Below are positions 16,271-25,927 of a DNA stretch of 49,903 nucleotides, piece by piece; the first letter of the stretch is position 1; every line of letters begins with the position of its first letter. This DNA is from an uncultured Candidatus Saccharibacteria bacterium (GTDB taxonomy: Bacteria > Patescibacteriota > Minisyncoccia > JACQLN01), in assembly GCA_964365305.1 (NCBI GenBank), contig CAYIPG010000003.1, forward strand, positions 1 to 49,903, written 5' to 3'. The notes under the pieces are model-generated. The model was not told the DNA's origin. It did not search any database and was given only the letters and a program-made list of their open reading frames with translations. The position numbers and the translations under genes were made by a program.

Positions 16271-19003
16271 TTATTTTTTGTTCTCAATAATCTCAATTTC
16301 CTCCTCCGTTAAGCCGTAAAGATTATAAACCTCCTCGTCTATTTTTCTATCAGTTTTTTCTATTTCGGATTTTATGGCATTCCATCTTTCAGAATTTTCA
16401 GGAGTTTTAAATAAAGTATCGTAATTGTCATGTAATTTTCTAGCTAAATTTATCAACACTTTTTTAGTCTCAATTTTGCCATTTTTATCAAAATCAAAAA
16501 TTGGTATTTGTTTTATCTGGTCTGCATTAAACGCTAAATATCCACCAGCTAAATGTTTATTTTGAAATTTAGAAATGTAGTAAAAGCTTATTAGCTTACT
16601 ATTTAGAAATGCTAAAAGTAAACTATTATCAATTTTAGATTTAATAATTGCGTAAGTTCCTACACCTAGAGCACACCCCTCATTATCGAGTCCAGCAACT
16701 ACTTTTTTAGACATGCCCCTAATGACTATTTTGTTTTTATCCTTATATAAATTTTTTCTTCCCTCAGTGACTATTGCGTTTTCAACGTCGAAATATGGAG
16801 TAGAAAACTTTCTCTTTAAATAATTAATCGTTTTACCCCAGTTTATGGAGTATGGCTCAACATTTCTCGTAATGATAAATTTTATAAATCCTTTACTCTT
16901 TGATTGAGAAATTAACTTCCCATAATTAGTATAATCAAAACCCGTAGTTCCCGAATTTACCGTGGCCAAACTGCCGATATTTATAGATTTTTTGTTAATC
17001 TTATCAATAATACCCTCATTGCTATTTTGTTCGCTGAAAGTTATTATTTTATCTTTATTCGATAACCAACTGTTTTGCGAATAATCACTATATTTAGTAC
17101 TATAATTTTCATCGACTAGTCCCACTGCAACTATGTGATTTGATTTTGGCGATTGTTTTTGTACTACGATGACTATTGGATAAACTCCGACTGTTTTAAA
17201 AATGGGGAGATTTGAAAAATTTATCAATTGTAAAATCGAATAATTCAACAAAATATTTCTTATCTCAATTCCGTAATTATTGACTAAAAACTTATTAGGC
17301 ACTATGAATGATAAATTTCCTTCATTCTTAATAAGAGATAGAGACCGCTCTAAAAATAATACATACAGATCAAAATTTCCTATCGCAGATTTAAAATTAT
17401 TTTTCAGAAAATCTTTTTCTAAAACAGATAAACTGTTAGATAGCTCTAAACTACTCACATACGGCGGATTGCCGATTATTACATCAAACCCACCCTGTTT
17501 AAAAACCTCTGGAAATTCTTCTTGCCAGTTAAGCGGTTTTTTGTCTCTAAAGTTTTTGCCAAAATATTTTTTAAGTTCCTCGTCAGTGCCGGATATTAAA
17601 GAATTGCCGTTTTTGATGTTATCAAGAAAGGGTAATTTTTCTCTTCTGTCCAAAGCGCTTATAAGTAAATTCAGCCGAGTAATTTCAATCGCTTGTTTGT
17701 CCAAATCAACTCCGTAAATATTATCCAGTAGGATTTGCCGTTTTATCGTTGATTTAATTGTTGAATTCTCAACTACTCCAAATTCTTTGTATTTTTCGTA
17801 TATTATTTCCAAAGCTTTAATCAAAAACGAACCGGAACCACAAGCTGGATCAAGAACTTTTATTTTTTTTAAATCGTTGACACTTTGACATTTGTCCAAA
17901 ACCGGGCCAAGGGCATTTTTTACTATATAATCAACAATAAAAACGGGGGTATAATATATTCCCTGTTCTTTGCGTTTTTTAGCATCCTTGGATACAGAAA
18001 CTCCTTTTTTTAACTTTTTTAAACGATACCCTAAATAATTTTCGTAGACACCGCCAAGTATATCCGCAGGAATAAACTTAAAGTCATACTCGTTATAGCC
18101 CTTTTTACCACTTAATATATCTATAGATTCTTCTGTAGCGCCATTATCTTCATTCCAGTTTTCAAAAGGATGTTCAGAAAACAAATCAGAATTATACACA
18201 TCATCAAGTTCTCTAAATCTTGTTACCATTGCCTGAAAAACATTGCTCTGCAATTTTTCTCTTTGGCTACTTAAATCTCTAGAAAGTTCTTTTAATGTTG
18301 TTTTCTCTATACCTCTATCCTCAGCTACTCTAAGAAAAACCAACCTATCTAAAAGTTTCTGGACACCTTCGTCTATCAAATCTGGCGTTAAATTATCGTT
18401 GTATATCCTAAAACTTTCTATAAGAAGTTCTCGGCATTCTTGTATATCTTTGTAGAGTTTATCTCCAACCGAAACTTTCTTAAGTTTTTTACCGTATTTA
18501 TCCGCATATTTATCCAATAATTTTTCTGCAAAAGATTGTTTGGACAATAACCACAACCGATCAAAATCCTCCAAATAATCCTTATAATTGATTTCAAAAA
18601 TCAATCTATCTACCAGCGAACCCTCAATCAACTGCGCGTTAAATACTTTCAATCCTTCAAAATCGGTTAAAACAGCATAATCAACACCTTTATTCCAAGA
18701 ATATGCAATCGCTTGACGAGCGTATTCTTCTTTGTCTAAGTAAGCCCTAAGCGGTTTGGCTTCTAAGTAAAAAACAGGCCGGCCATTCAAATAAAAACCG
18801 TAATCAACCCTGCCTCCAGATTTTTGGCTTTCTTCTGCCGACACATCACTTTTAGTGGTTATATCCCAACCTAAAATCTCAAAGAAGGGCATTATAAAAT
18901 CTTTCTTAGTTTGCTCTTCGCTATAATCTCTAACTCCTCCAGAGTTAACAACCTCTTCATATCTTGTGACTAAAGATTTTATTTTATTTTTTGATTCGTC
19001 CAT
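16271..19003 (-). CDS. Type IIG restriction-modification enzyme (nuclease + N6-adenine MTase + TRD)
   Basis: RVDY...LEAK PD-(D/E)xK; GIYYTP, VLDPACGSGSFL, IIGNPPY; TaqI-C-like TRD; AT-rich. Confidence 0.92.
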   Translation of the reverse strand: MDESKNKIKSLVTRYEEVVNSGGVRDYSEEQTKKDFIMPFFEILGWDITTKSDVSAEESQKSGGRVDYGFYLNGRPVFYLEAKPLRAYLDKEEYARQAIAYSWNKGVDYAVLTDFEGLKVFNAQLIEGSLVDRLIFEINYKDYLEDFDRLWLLSKQSFAEKLLDKYADKYGKKLKKVSVGDKLYKDIQECRELLIESFRIYNDNLTPDLIDEGVQKLLDRLVFLRVAEDRGIEKTTLKELSRDLSSQREKLQSNVFQAMVTRFRELDDVYNSDLFSEHPFENWNEDNGATEESIDILSGKKGYNEYDFKFIPADILGGVYENYLGYRLKKLKKGVSVSKDAKKRKEQGIYYTPVFIVDYIVKNALGPVLDKCQSVNDLKKIKVLDPACGSGSFLIKALEIIYEKYKEFGVVENSTIKSTIKRQILLDNIYGVDLDKQAIEITRLNLLISALDRREKLPFLDNIKNGNSLISGTDEELKKYFGKNFRDKKPLNWQEEFPEVFKQGGFDVIIGNPPYVSSLELSNSLSVLEKDFLKNNFKSAIGNFDLYVLFLERSLSLIKNEGNLSFIVPNKFLVNNYGIEIRNILLNYSILQLINFSNLPIFKTVGVYPIVIVVQKQSPKSNHIVAVGLVDENYSTKYSDYSQNSWLSNKDKIITFSEQNSNEGIIDKINKKSINIGSLATVNSGTTGFDYTNYGKLISQSKSKGFIKFIITRNVEPYSINWGKTINYLKRKFSTPYFDVENAIVTEGRKNLYKDKNKIVIRGMSKKVVAGLDNEGCALGVGTYAIIKSKIDNSLLLAFLNSKLISFYYISKFQNKHLAGGYLAFNADQIKQIPIFDFDKNGKIETKKVLINLARKLHDNYDTLFKTPENSERWNAIKSEIEKTDRKIDEEVYNLYGLTEEEIEIIENKK

Positions 19004-19007
19004 AGAA

Positions 19008-19589
19008 TTATTTAGCCAAAAGTTTAAGCGCTTCTTCTATTCTTCTTTCCACGCCCGTGATATCCCTCGGTATTTGGCGCAAGGCCTCGCGGGCCTGATA
19101 AGCCGAGTAGCCCAAATTTTTTAGCGCTTCCAAAATATCGCTGTCTTCGGTTAAGTTGGCCGAGACACCGCTTGAAGGATTATACAGCGCCAAAATATTT
19201 TTCTTAAGATCAATGATTATTTTCTGCGCGATTTTTTGGCCCACGCCCGGCACCCGCCGCAAAATATTTTCCTCGCCGCGGGCGATGGAAGCCACTAAAA
19301 CATCAAAAGGCACTTCGTCGGTTAAAAGAAGAGCGCTTTTGGGCCCCACGCCCGAAACAGTTATCAACATTTCAAAAAGTTCCAATTCTTCGGGCGATAA
19401 AAAACCATAAAGTTCCTGGGTGTTTTCGCGCAAATAAGGATAGGTAAAAATCTTGGCGGACTCGTTATTTTCGCCGATTTTGCTAAGCGCGTTATTGCCG
19501 ATAAAAACGCGGTAGCCCAAAGCGCCGCACCTTAAAATGCACCGCCGATCGTATTTTTTAATAATCTCGCCTTCCAAATAGCCGATCAT
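19008..19589 (-). CDS. ruvA: Holliday junction branch migration protein RuvA
   Basis: MIGYLEG, ELYGF, VSGVGPKSA, VPGVGQKIA, ALKNLGY. Confidence 0.95.
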   Translation of the reverse strand: MIGYLEGEIIKKYDRRCILRCGALGYRVFIGNNALSKIGENNESAKIFTYPYLRENTQELYGFLSPEELELFEMLITVSGVGPKSALLLTDEVPFDVLVASIARGEENILRRVPGVGQKIAQKIIIDLKKNILALYNPSSGVSANLTEDSDILEALKNLGYSAYQAREALRQIPRDITGVERRIEEALKLLAK

Positions 19590-19642
19590 ATGATTACTTT
19601 TAGATTAGCACATCCGCACAAAAATAAGTTAGTGTAAATTAA

Positions 19643-21568
19643 ATGCCTAAATTCAAACTAAAAAGCCCATTTACGCCTACCGGTGACCAACCAGAAGCAA
19701 TCCGACAACTTACTGCCGGTTTAAATTCGGGCGCGCGGCACCAGACCTTGCTCGGCGTGACCGGCTCGGGCAAAACATTTACTCTGGCCAATGTGATCAA
19801 TAATATCCAAAAACCAACACTGGTGATTTCGCATAATAAAACCCTGGCTTGGCAGTTGTATCAGGAATTTAAGGATTTTTTTCCGGAAAACGAAGTCCAC
19901 TATTTTGTATCCTATTACGATTACTATCAACCCGAGGCCTATCTGCCCCAAACCGATACTTACATCGAAAAGGACGCCAAAATAAACGAGGTGATTGATA
20001 AGTTGCGGCACGCCGCCACTCAAGCCATACTGACCCGACCGGACACTATTATTGTGGCCTCGGTTTCTTGCATCTATAATATCGGCGATCCTAACGAGTA
20101 TCAAAAAATTGCTGTTGATTTGACGGTTGATTCCACACTGACGCGGCGGGATTTGATGAGGCGACTGACGCTGATGCAATTTTCCCGAAACGAATACTCA
20201 CAAATGGCCGGAACATTCCGAATGAAAGGCGAGACCGTGGAAATAAATTTGCCCACCGGCGAAGAAATAATTCGTGTAACTTTTTCGGGTTCAGTGATAG
20301 AAAAAATATGGAGTTCTAAAAATGGCGGCATGAGTTCGCTAACCTTGTTTCCGGCCAAACATTTTATTACCGAGGAAGCAAAATTAAAATTGGCGTTAGC
20401 CAATATAGAATCCGAACTCAAAGACCGTCTGACGGTCTTAAAAAAAGAAAATAAAATTTTGGAAGCGGCCCGGCTGGAACAGCGCACGAAATACGATTTG
20501 GAAATGCTTTTGGAAACGGGCTATTGTTCGGGCATAGAAAATTACTCGCGGCAGTTATCTTTTAAGGAACCGGGCGATTCGCCGTTTTCTTTGATTGATT
20601 TTTTTCAACAAGGCCACAAAGAGTTTTTAACCATCGTGGACGAATCGCATATGACTTTGCCGCAAATTAGAGGCATGTATAATGGCGATCGCGCCCGCAA
20701 AACAACCTTGGTGGAACACGGTTTTCGCCTGCCTTCGGCTTTGGATAACCGACCGTTAAAATTTGAGGAGTGGGAAGAAAAAATATCACAGGTGATATTT
20801 TCTTCGGCCACGCCGAACGATTACGAAATACTGCATTCCCGCGATAGGCACAAAACATTCCTAGCCGAACAGTTGATCCGTCCCACTCATATTTTGGATC
20901 CGATGGTAGAAGTGCGGCCGACGGAACATCAAATCCATAATGCTATCAAAGAGATAAATGACCGTATAAAAACCGGCCAGAGGGTATTGATAACCGTGGT
21001 GACCAAGCGCCTCGCCGAGGACTTGGCCGAGCACTTGGCCGGCGCCGGCATCAAAGCGGCTTATCTTCACTCCGAAATTAAGACCCTAAATCGGCCCGAA
21101 ATTTTAAACGACCTGCGGAGCGGCCAGATTGACGCCCTGGTGGGCGTAAATTTGTTGCGAGAAGGGCTGGATTTGCCCGAGGTCTCGCTAATTTTGATTT
21201 TTGACGCCGACAAAGAAGGTTTTTTGCGAAACGAAACCACCATGGTGCAAACCATCGGCCGCGCGGCGCGGCACATAGACGGGCAGGTGATAATGTATGC
21301 CGATAAAATAACCGGCTCCATGCGCGCGGCCATTCGCGAGACCGAGCGGCGCCGAAATTACCAAGCCGAGTTTAATCGTAAAAATAATCTGACGCCCAAA
21401 TCAATTCAAAAAGAAATAAAAATTAAAGAAGTCGTGCCCGAACCCGAAAAAATCTGGCTGCAGGCCAAAACCAAAAAAGAGCTGGAACGCGAATTAAAAT
21501 ACGCCATCGCCGAATGGGATTTTGAAAAAGCGATTTTGTTAAGGGATTATTTGAAAATCATCAAATAA
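19643..21568 (+). CDS. uvrB: Excinuclease ABC subunit UvrB
   Basis: PTGDQPEAI, GVTGSGKT, YYDYYQPEAY, DESH, QTIGRAAR; UVR coiled-coil tail. Confidence 0.98.
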   Translation: MPKFKLKSPFTPTGDQPEAIRQLTAGLNSGARHQTLLGVTGSGKTFTLANVINNIQKPTLVISHNKTLAWQLYQEFKDFFPENEVHYFVSYYDYYQPEAYLPQTDTYIEKDAKINEVIDKLRHAATQAILTRPDTIIVASVSCIYNIGDPNEYQKIAVDLTVDSTLTRRDLMRRLTLMQFSRNEYSQMAGTFRMKGETVEINLPTGEEIIRVTFSGSVIEKIWSSKNGGMSSLTLFPAKHFITEEAKLKLALANIESELKDRLTVLKKENKILEAARLEQRTKYDLEMLLETGYCSGIENYSRQLSFKEPGDSPFSLIDFFQQGHKEFLTIVDESHMTLPQIRGMYNGDRARKTTLVEHGFRLPSALDNRPLKFEEWEEKISQVIFSSATPNDYEILHSRDRHKTFLAEQLIRPTHILDPMVEVRPTEHQIHNAIKEINDRIKTGQRVLITVVTKRLAEDLAEHLAGAGIKAAYLHSEIKTLNRPEILNDLRSGQIDALVGVNLLREGLDLPEVSLILIFDADKEGFLRNETTMVQTIGRAARHIDGQVIMYADKITGSMRAAIRETERRRNYQAEFNRKNNLTPKSIQKEIKIKEVVPEPEKIWLQAKTKKELERELKYAIAEWDFEKAILLRDYLKIIK

Positions 21569-22391
21569 AGGCCTTCAATTTTTCCGTATTTCCGTGTTTC
21601 AAAAGACCGAGATAAGAATTTAATATGGCCGGTTCCCTATTTTCTTTGATTCTATTTATCATCCGCCGCTTGGTCGTGGTCCTCAAAACTCTATGATCCC
21701 AAAAATGCACCCAACCCAGAAAATTCATACCCGAAGCTACGGTTTTGATAAAGATTTTGTCGGGATGGAGCGTGAGCTTCAGATTTTTATCAAGAAAATC
21801 ATGTACTTGTGAAATAAGATTCTCCAGCCATTCTTTGTCATCTGACAAAATCACAAAATCATCAGCGTACCTGATGTAATACTCTGTCTTGAGTTTGTGT
21901 TTCATGAATTGATCAAACTCGTTCATATAGATATTCACTAAAAGCTGGGAAGTTAAGTTACCCAAAGGCAAGCCGGTGTTGGGCTTGGTTTCGAAGCTGG
22001 ATATGACCTGGTTTAATAACCACAAAATATTCTGGTCGGGTATGTATTCAGCTAATATGTTTAGCAAAACAGCATGATCAACATTGGCAAAAAATTTTCT
22101 AATATCGCATTTCAAAATCCAACAGGTTTTAGTATCGTTGCAGCTGACTTGGTGGGCCAAGGCACGGAATCTGTTTAGGGCTTTGTGGGTTCCTTTACTC
22201 AACCGGCAAGAAAAAGAATCGGCGATAAAGGTTTTATCAAAAAAAGGATAAAGGATCCGGTAAATGGCATGATGCAGTAACCTATCACGAACACTGGCCT
22301 TGTGAATGTTCCTTGGTTTAGGGTCGGAAATGTTAAACGCTTGATAGCCGCCGTGTTGGTATGTAAAACTAGATGTACTTAAATTCTTTCT
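21561..22391 (-). pseudogene. DGR-type reverse transcriptase, N-terminally truncated
   Basis: GLPLGNLTSQ (SQ typical of DGR RTs) and YIRYADDF; frame extends upstream as FTYQHGGYQAFNISDPKPRNIHKASVRDRLLHHAI to ~22370, then meets a stop at 22394-22392 with no plausible start. Confidence 0.85.
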
Positions 22392-22533
22392 TCAGATATC
22401 TTGGGAATTGAAAGTATTGAATAATAAAAATTACATAATCCTATCGGAAAAACTAGACGAGATCGGCAAGATGCTCGGCGGTTGGATTAAAGGCATACAA
22501 AAAGAAACTCCCCTCAAATACTTTCGGGATTGA
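22366..22533 (+). pseudogene. avd: Avd-like four-helix-bundle protein, C-terminal fragment
   Basis: KLDVLKFFLQISWELKVLNNKNYIILSEKLDEIGKMLGGWIKGIQK...*; EIGKMLGGW is the Avd signature; in-frame stop just upstream. Confidence 0.8.
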
Positions 22534-22731
22534 ATCTAATTTGGGGCCTAAAAGCCCGCCAATATCTTGCACCAAATAGCTTTGTTTTTTAGGAAACTGA
22601 CAAATGGCGCTGAAAAAAGGCGTACCCGTTTTCACTCTGCATTTGCTAGTCCCGGAATTCGGCCGTCCAAAGCCGTAGCCGTGAACATATTAGCCTAATA
22701 TCTAAAAGTATTCTATCAGAAAAAAGAAAAG

Positions 22732-22758
22732 CCCCGCAAGAACAAAGTTCTTGCGGGG
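22732..22758 (-). terminator. Hairpin downstream of the DGR target gene
   Basis: CCCCGCAAGAAC-AAA-GTTCTTGCGGGG followed by a U-rich tract on the minus strand. Confidence 0.7.
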
Positions 22759-22820
22759 ATTAAGGATCAAAGGAACCAAGGGTTAGGGATTTCAAGGGCC
22801 CAAGGTTCCCAGTGTTAAAG

Positions 22821-23429
22821 CTATTTGAGAACAGCCAGGAACCGATAGTAACCGTCCCACCCGTCGTCAAAGTAGTGCAGGTCGAGGAAGCGCCCGATGG
22901 AGGAGCCCCAGAGTGCGGGCACAGAGCGATAGCCACGGCGGTTCTGCCAGACAGCACCCAAGGCAATTATGGGAAACTGCCGCTGGATGTCGGGGTACTT
23001 GGCCCCGAAGGCCAGAAGTTCGGCCAGTGTCGCGGGTCGGAGACCGTCTTTGTCCAGTTCCTTGAGAACATCATCGGACTCCATGACGCGGTCGAAGTGA
23101 ACCAGTTCCAGCTTTACTTCAACCGTACCTTCGCCGCTCACCGGAAAATGATCGGCGGTGATGTCGTCGTTGACCGAGTCATAGTGGCCGGCCGAGATCA
23201 TGTCGGAGAGGGTGCGGGTGTAGTCAACCGTGACGGGGAAAACATTCTTCTCCTGCTCAATCGGAATCGGCATCAGCGCCTCTCGCAAAACACGCTGGAG
23301 TGAGGACTGATTCTCAATCCATCCTTGGACGGTTGTCGAGTCAAGGTCGCGGGGCAACTGGCGAATGACCACCGATGCAAACTCCGCGAACTGACCGGCA
23401 TCCAACGAGGCAGTACCATGCTTTTCCAT
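22821..23429 (-). CDS. Putative DGR target (variable) protein with CLec-like C-terminal variable region
   Basis: RPATLAELLAF...RSVPALWGSSIGRFLDLHYFDDGWDGYYRFLAV; NNY codons at putative variable sites; AGGAGG RBS; next to RT and avd. Confidence 0.7.
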   Translation of the reverse strand: MEKHGTASLDAGQFAEFASVVIRQLPRDLDSTTVQGWIENQSSLQRVLREALMPIPIEQEKNVFPVTVDYTRTLSDMISAGHYDSVNDDITADHFPVSGEGTVEVKLELVHFDRVMESDDVLKELDKDGLRPATLAELLAFGAKYPDIQRQFPIIALGAVWQNRRGYRSVPALWGSSIGRFLDLHYFDDGWDGYYRFLAVLK

Positions 23430-23491
23430 GGCTTTTCCTCCTAACAAATTAAGTTTTGAGGTACAATTTGGCTCTATTTGAGCTTGTTTTA

Positions 23492-23520
23492 AGTATATAT
23501 TATTATATATATCCTGTCAA
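23492..23520 (-). promoter_or_regulatory. Promoter of the DGR target gene
   Basis: TTGACA-17-TATACT. Confidence 0.7.
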
Positions 23521-23599
23521 TAGCATGTGGTAATGTACACATATATTGCAAAAATAGGTAGATTTTAAGCCATAATCCAAAACTTATATCTCAAATAAC

Positions 23600-23666
23600 C
23601 GCCATCGCCGAATGGGATTTTGAGAAAGCGATTTTGGTGAGGGATTATTTGAAAACGCTAAAATAA
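23600..23666 (+). repeat. Second copy of the uvrB 3' end (att-like direct repeat)
   Basis: Encodes AIAEWDFEKAILVRDYLKTLK* versus AIAEWDFEKAILLRDYLKIIK* in uvrB. Confidence 0.9.
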
Positions 23667-23896
23667 ACCTTATCTTATCAAGCTTACACGATCGTTGTAT
23701 ATTGATAAGATAAAATATTGAAATAATTATGTGCAAAGTCAAGTTTTGCGCATTTGAGAATAAAACTTAAAAGTATAACAATAAAGCGATCGCATAATTG
23801 TTATACTTTTTATGATAAAAATAAAAGTAGAGCAACCTTGCCAAAAATAACTTATTTTGCTATGTTTATGGCTTAAATTAAATACTAAATATCAAA

Positions 23897-24160
23897 ATGC
23901 CCATAAAAAAATCCGCCGAAAAGGCGTTAAGACAAACCAAAAAGAGAACCGCCAAAAACCAGTCGGTTAAAATTGGCGTTAAAAAAACCGTTAAAGAACT
24001 AGAAAGAAAAATAGCGGCCAAAGATAAAAAGGCCGTTATGGAACTTATGCCCAAAGTAGCCCAGGTTTTGGATAAAGCCGCCAAGGTTAAGGTGCTGAAT
24101 AAAAACACCGCCGCTCGGCAAAAATCACGCCTCCAAAAAGCTGTAAACAAAATCCTCTAA
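23897..24160 (+). CDS. rpsT: 30S ribosomal protein S20
   Basis: MPIKKSAEKALRQ...DKAAK...KNTAARQKSRL. Confidence 0.95.
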   Translation: MPIKKSAEKALRQTKKRTAKNQSVKIGVKKTVKELERKIAAKDKKAVMELMPKVAQVLDKAAKVKVLNKNTAARQKSRLQKAVNKIL

Positions 24161-25093
24161 GGCCTCGCGGCCGTCTTTCTGGCCGGTTTTAATAGCAAGA
24201 TCTGCCTCGGCTAATTTTTGATAGATACTTTTTAGTTTGGCCATGGAAAAATTTTTAACGGTTCTGATATTTTTTTCCGCTAACCACGGCTTTGTTCCTA
24301 ATTTCTGGGCAATGATTTCTTTAGGTAATTTTTGAGATATTAAATCCGCGGTTTTAATTAAATTTCTGAACTGCCACACCAGCATATTTAGAATCATCAA
24401 CGGATCTTCGTTGTTGCGCCAATGCTCTCCCAGACATTTAAGGGCTAATGCAATATTTTTTTGAGCCAAAGCATCGGTGGTTCTAAAAACACTGGCTTCC
24501 ACTTCCTTTTCAACTAAAATATCAAGGTCTGACCTTGATATTTCTTGTTGATTCTTAAACAAAGCCAACTTTTTAAGTTCGTTACTGATTCGGTAACAAT
24601 CCAAGCCGGCGCTATCAATTAAATAAGCCAGGTTGGTTGTATTTATTTTTAATCCGATTTTCTCGGCTTCCTGTATCGCCCACTTAATCATTCCCATGCG
24701 ACCATAATTTTTAAATTCTTCCACCTTGCCGTTCTTTTTAAAGAAGTCCTTTATTTTTTTAATTTGTTCGGGTGATTTTTTATCTGAAGAAAAAAAATCA
24801 TAGAAAACCAAAATAACCTCTTGGTCATTTTTTACTTTTGATCTAACTAATATTTTTTCAATCCCATCCCATTCGTTGGAGTTAATAGAGAAAGCTCCCC
24901 GCAAAAAAGCCAGTTTCTTTTCAGCGAACATGGATTGCGCTGCCACAATATTTTCCAGTTGATCAAACCCTTCTTCCAAATCCACTTTCCAAAAATTAAG
25001 GCCGCTGGCAAACTTGGCCGAATATCTGGCCTTTAATTCGGCTAGTTTCTCTTGCAACATAAATGAATTTTCACCGTAAAAAAGATAAATCAT
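24125..25093 (-). CDS. holA: DNA polymerase III delta subunit
   Basis: MIYLFYGEN start, NELKKLALF, ADLAIKTG; start moved from 25177. Confidence 0.88.
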   Translation of the reverse strand: MIYLFYGENSFMLQEKLAELKARYSAKFASGLNFWKVDLEEGFDQLENIVAAQSMFAEKKLAFLRGAFSINSNEWDGIEKILVRSKVKNDQEVILVFYDFFSSDKKSPEQIKKIKDFFKKNGKVEEFKNYGRMGMIKWAIQEAEKIGLKINTTNLAYLIDSAGLDCYRISNELKKLALFKNQQEISRSDLDILVEKEVEASVFRTTDALAQKNIALALKCLGEHWRNNEDPLMILNMLVWQFRNLIKTADLISQKLPKEIIAQKLGTKPWLAEKNIRTVKNFSMAKLKSIYQKLAEADLAIKTGQKDGREALEDFVYSFLEA

Positions 25094-25920
25094 TGATATA
25101 ACTTTTGGCAATCGGGGCAAAAGTGAGCCGTACGAGAACCAATTTTGACAGTTGATATGGTGCCGCCACAGACACATTGTGAGCCCTTGCGTGCGTAGAC
25201 CAAACGGTGGTTAAAGTAATCGCCCTTTTGACCGGAAACATCGCGATAATCCCGCCGAGTAGTGCCGCGTAACTTTATTGATTTTTTGAGCACCCAGATC
25301 AATTTTCGAAAAAGCAAATGTAGTTTATCTGGGGGAATTTTTTCGGCCTGGCTTAATGGATGAATTTTAGCCAAGTACAACGCCTCGTCGGAATAGATAT
25401 TGCCCACACCCGCCAAAAATTCCTGATTCATTAATAAGGTTTTGATGCGGCCGCGCCGGCGCGATATTTCTTTTAAAAATTCCGCCGTTGTTATTTCCAA
25501 CGGATTGGGTCCCAATGATTTTATTTCCGGCCGATTCAACACCCATTCGCTTTTACCCGCCAAGATTCGGCCAAACTTGCACACATCCGAAAAATATAGT
25601 TTTGATTTCTTATTACCCTTCTGGATGTCTAAAATTAAATGAACAAAACTCGGTCTTTCGGGTTGATTAAACAGAAAATGCCCGGTCATTTTTAGATGAA
25701 CCGCCATAATAACATTGTCTGACAAATAAAAAAGAATGTTTTTACCCCTTCTTTCTATCTTTGAAATCGTTTTACCTACTAGAATCTTTTTACACTTACC
25801 AGCACCACCGCTGGTTGAGAAATATTTCGGCCAATCAGTCCAAAACCCGACTATTTTTGAGCCGGTAATTTTATTTTTCAGATCTTGAGTTATGGTTTCA
25901 ACCTCCGGCAATTCTGGCAT
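25090..25920 (-). CDS. mutM: Formamidopyrimidine-DNA glycosylase
   Basis: MPELPEVET, HLKMTG, GVGNIYSDE, C-terminal Zn finger. Confidence 0.96.
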   Translation of the reverse strand: MPELPEVETITQDLKNKITGSKIVGFWTDWPKYFSTSGGAGKCKKILVGKTISKIERRGKNILFYLSDNVIMAVHLKMTGHFLFNQPERPSFVHLILDIQKGNKKSKLYFSDVCKFGRILAGKSEWVLNRPEIKSLGPNPLEITTAEFLKEISRRRGRIKTLLMNQEFLAGVGNIYSDEALYLAKIHPLSQAEKIPPDKLHLLFRKLIWVLKKSIKLRGTTRRDYRDVSGQKGDYFNHRLVYARKGSQCVCGGTISTVKIGSRTAHFCPDCQKLYQ

Positions 25921-25927
25921 GGCGATG

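Larger units (their letters stand above)
21502..23666. mobile_element. 2.1-kb island integrated at the 3' end of uvrB, carrying a rearranged DGR
   Basis: Flanked by ~65-bp direct repeats of the uvrB tail (21502-21568 and 23600-23666). Confidence 0.75.

Noticed and set aside
21561-22391. RT as group II intron or retron RT
   Set aside because: LGNLTSQ motif, short C-terminus, no maturase domain or VTG motif, and adjacent avd and target indicate DGR class.
22534-22731. DGR template repeat
   Set aside because: No AAY-rich sequence alignable to the target 3' end by eye, here or elsewhere in the window.
22760-23303. ORFs 22760-22966 (-) and 22812-23303 (+)
   Set aside because: Alternate-frame or antisense shadows of the GC-rich target gene.
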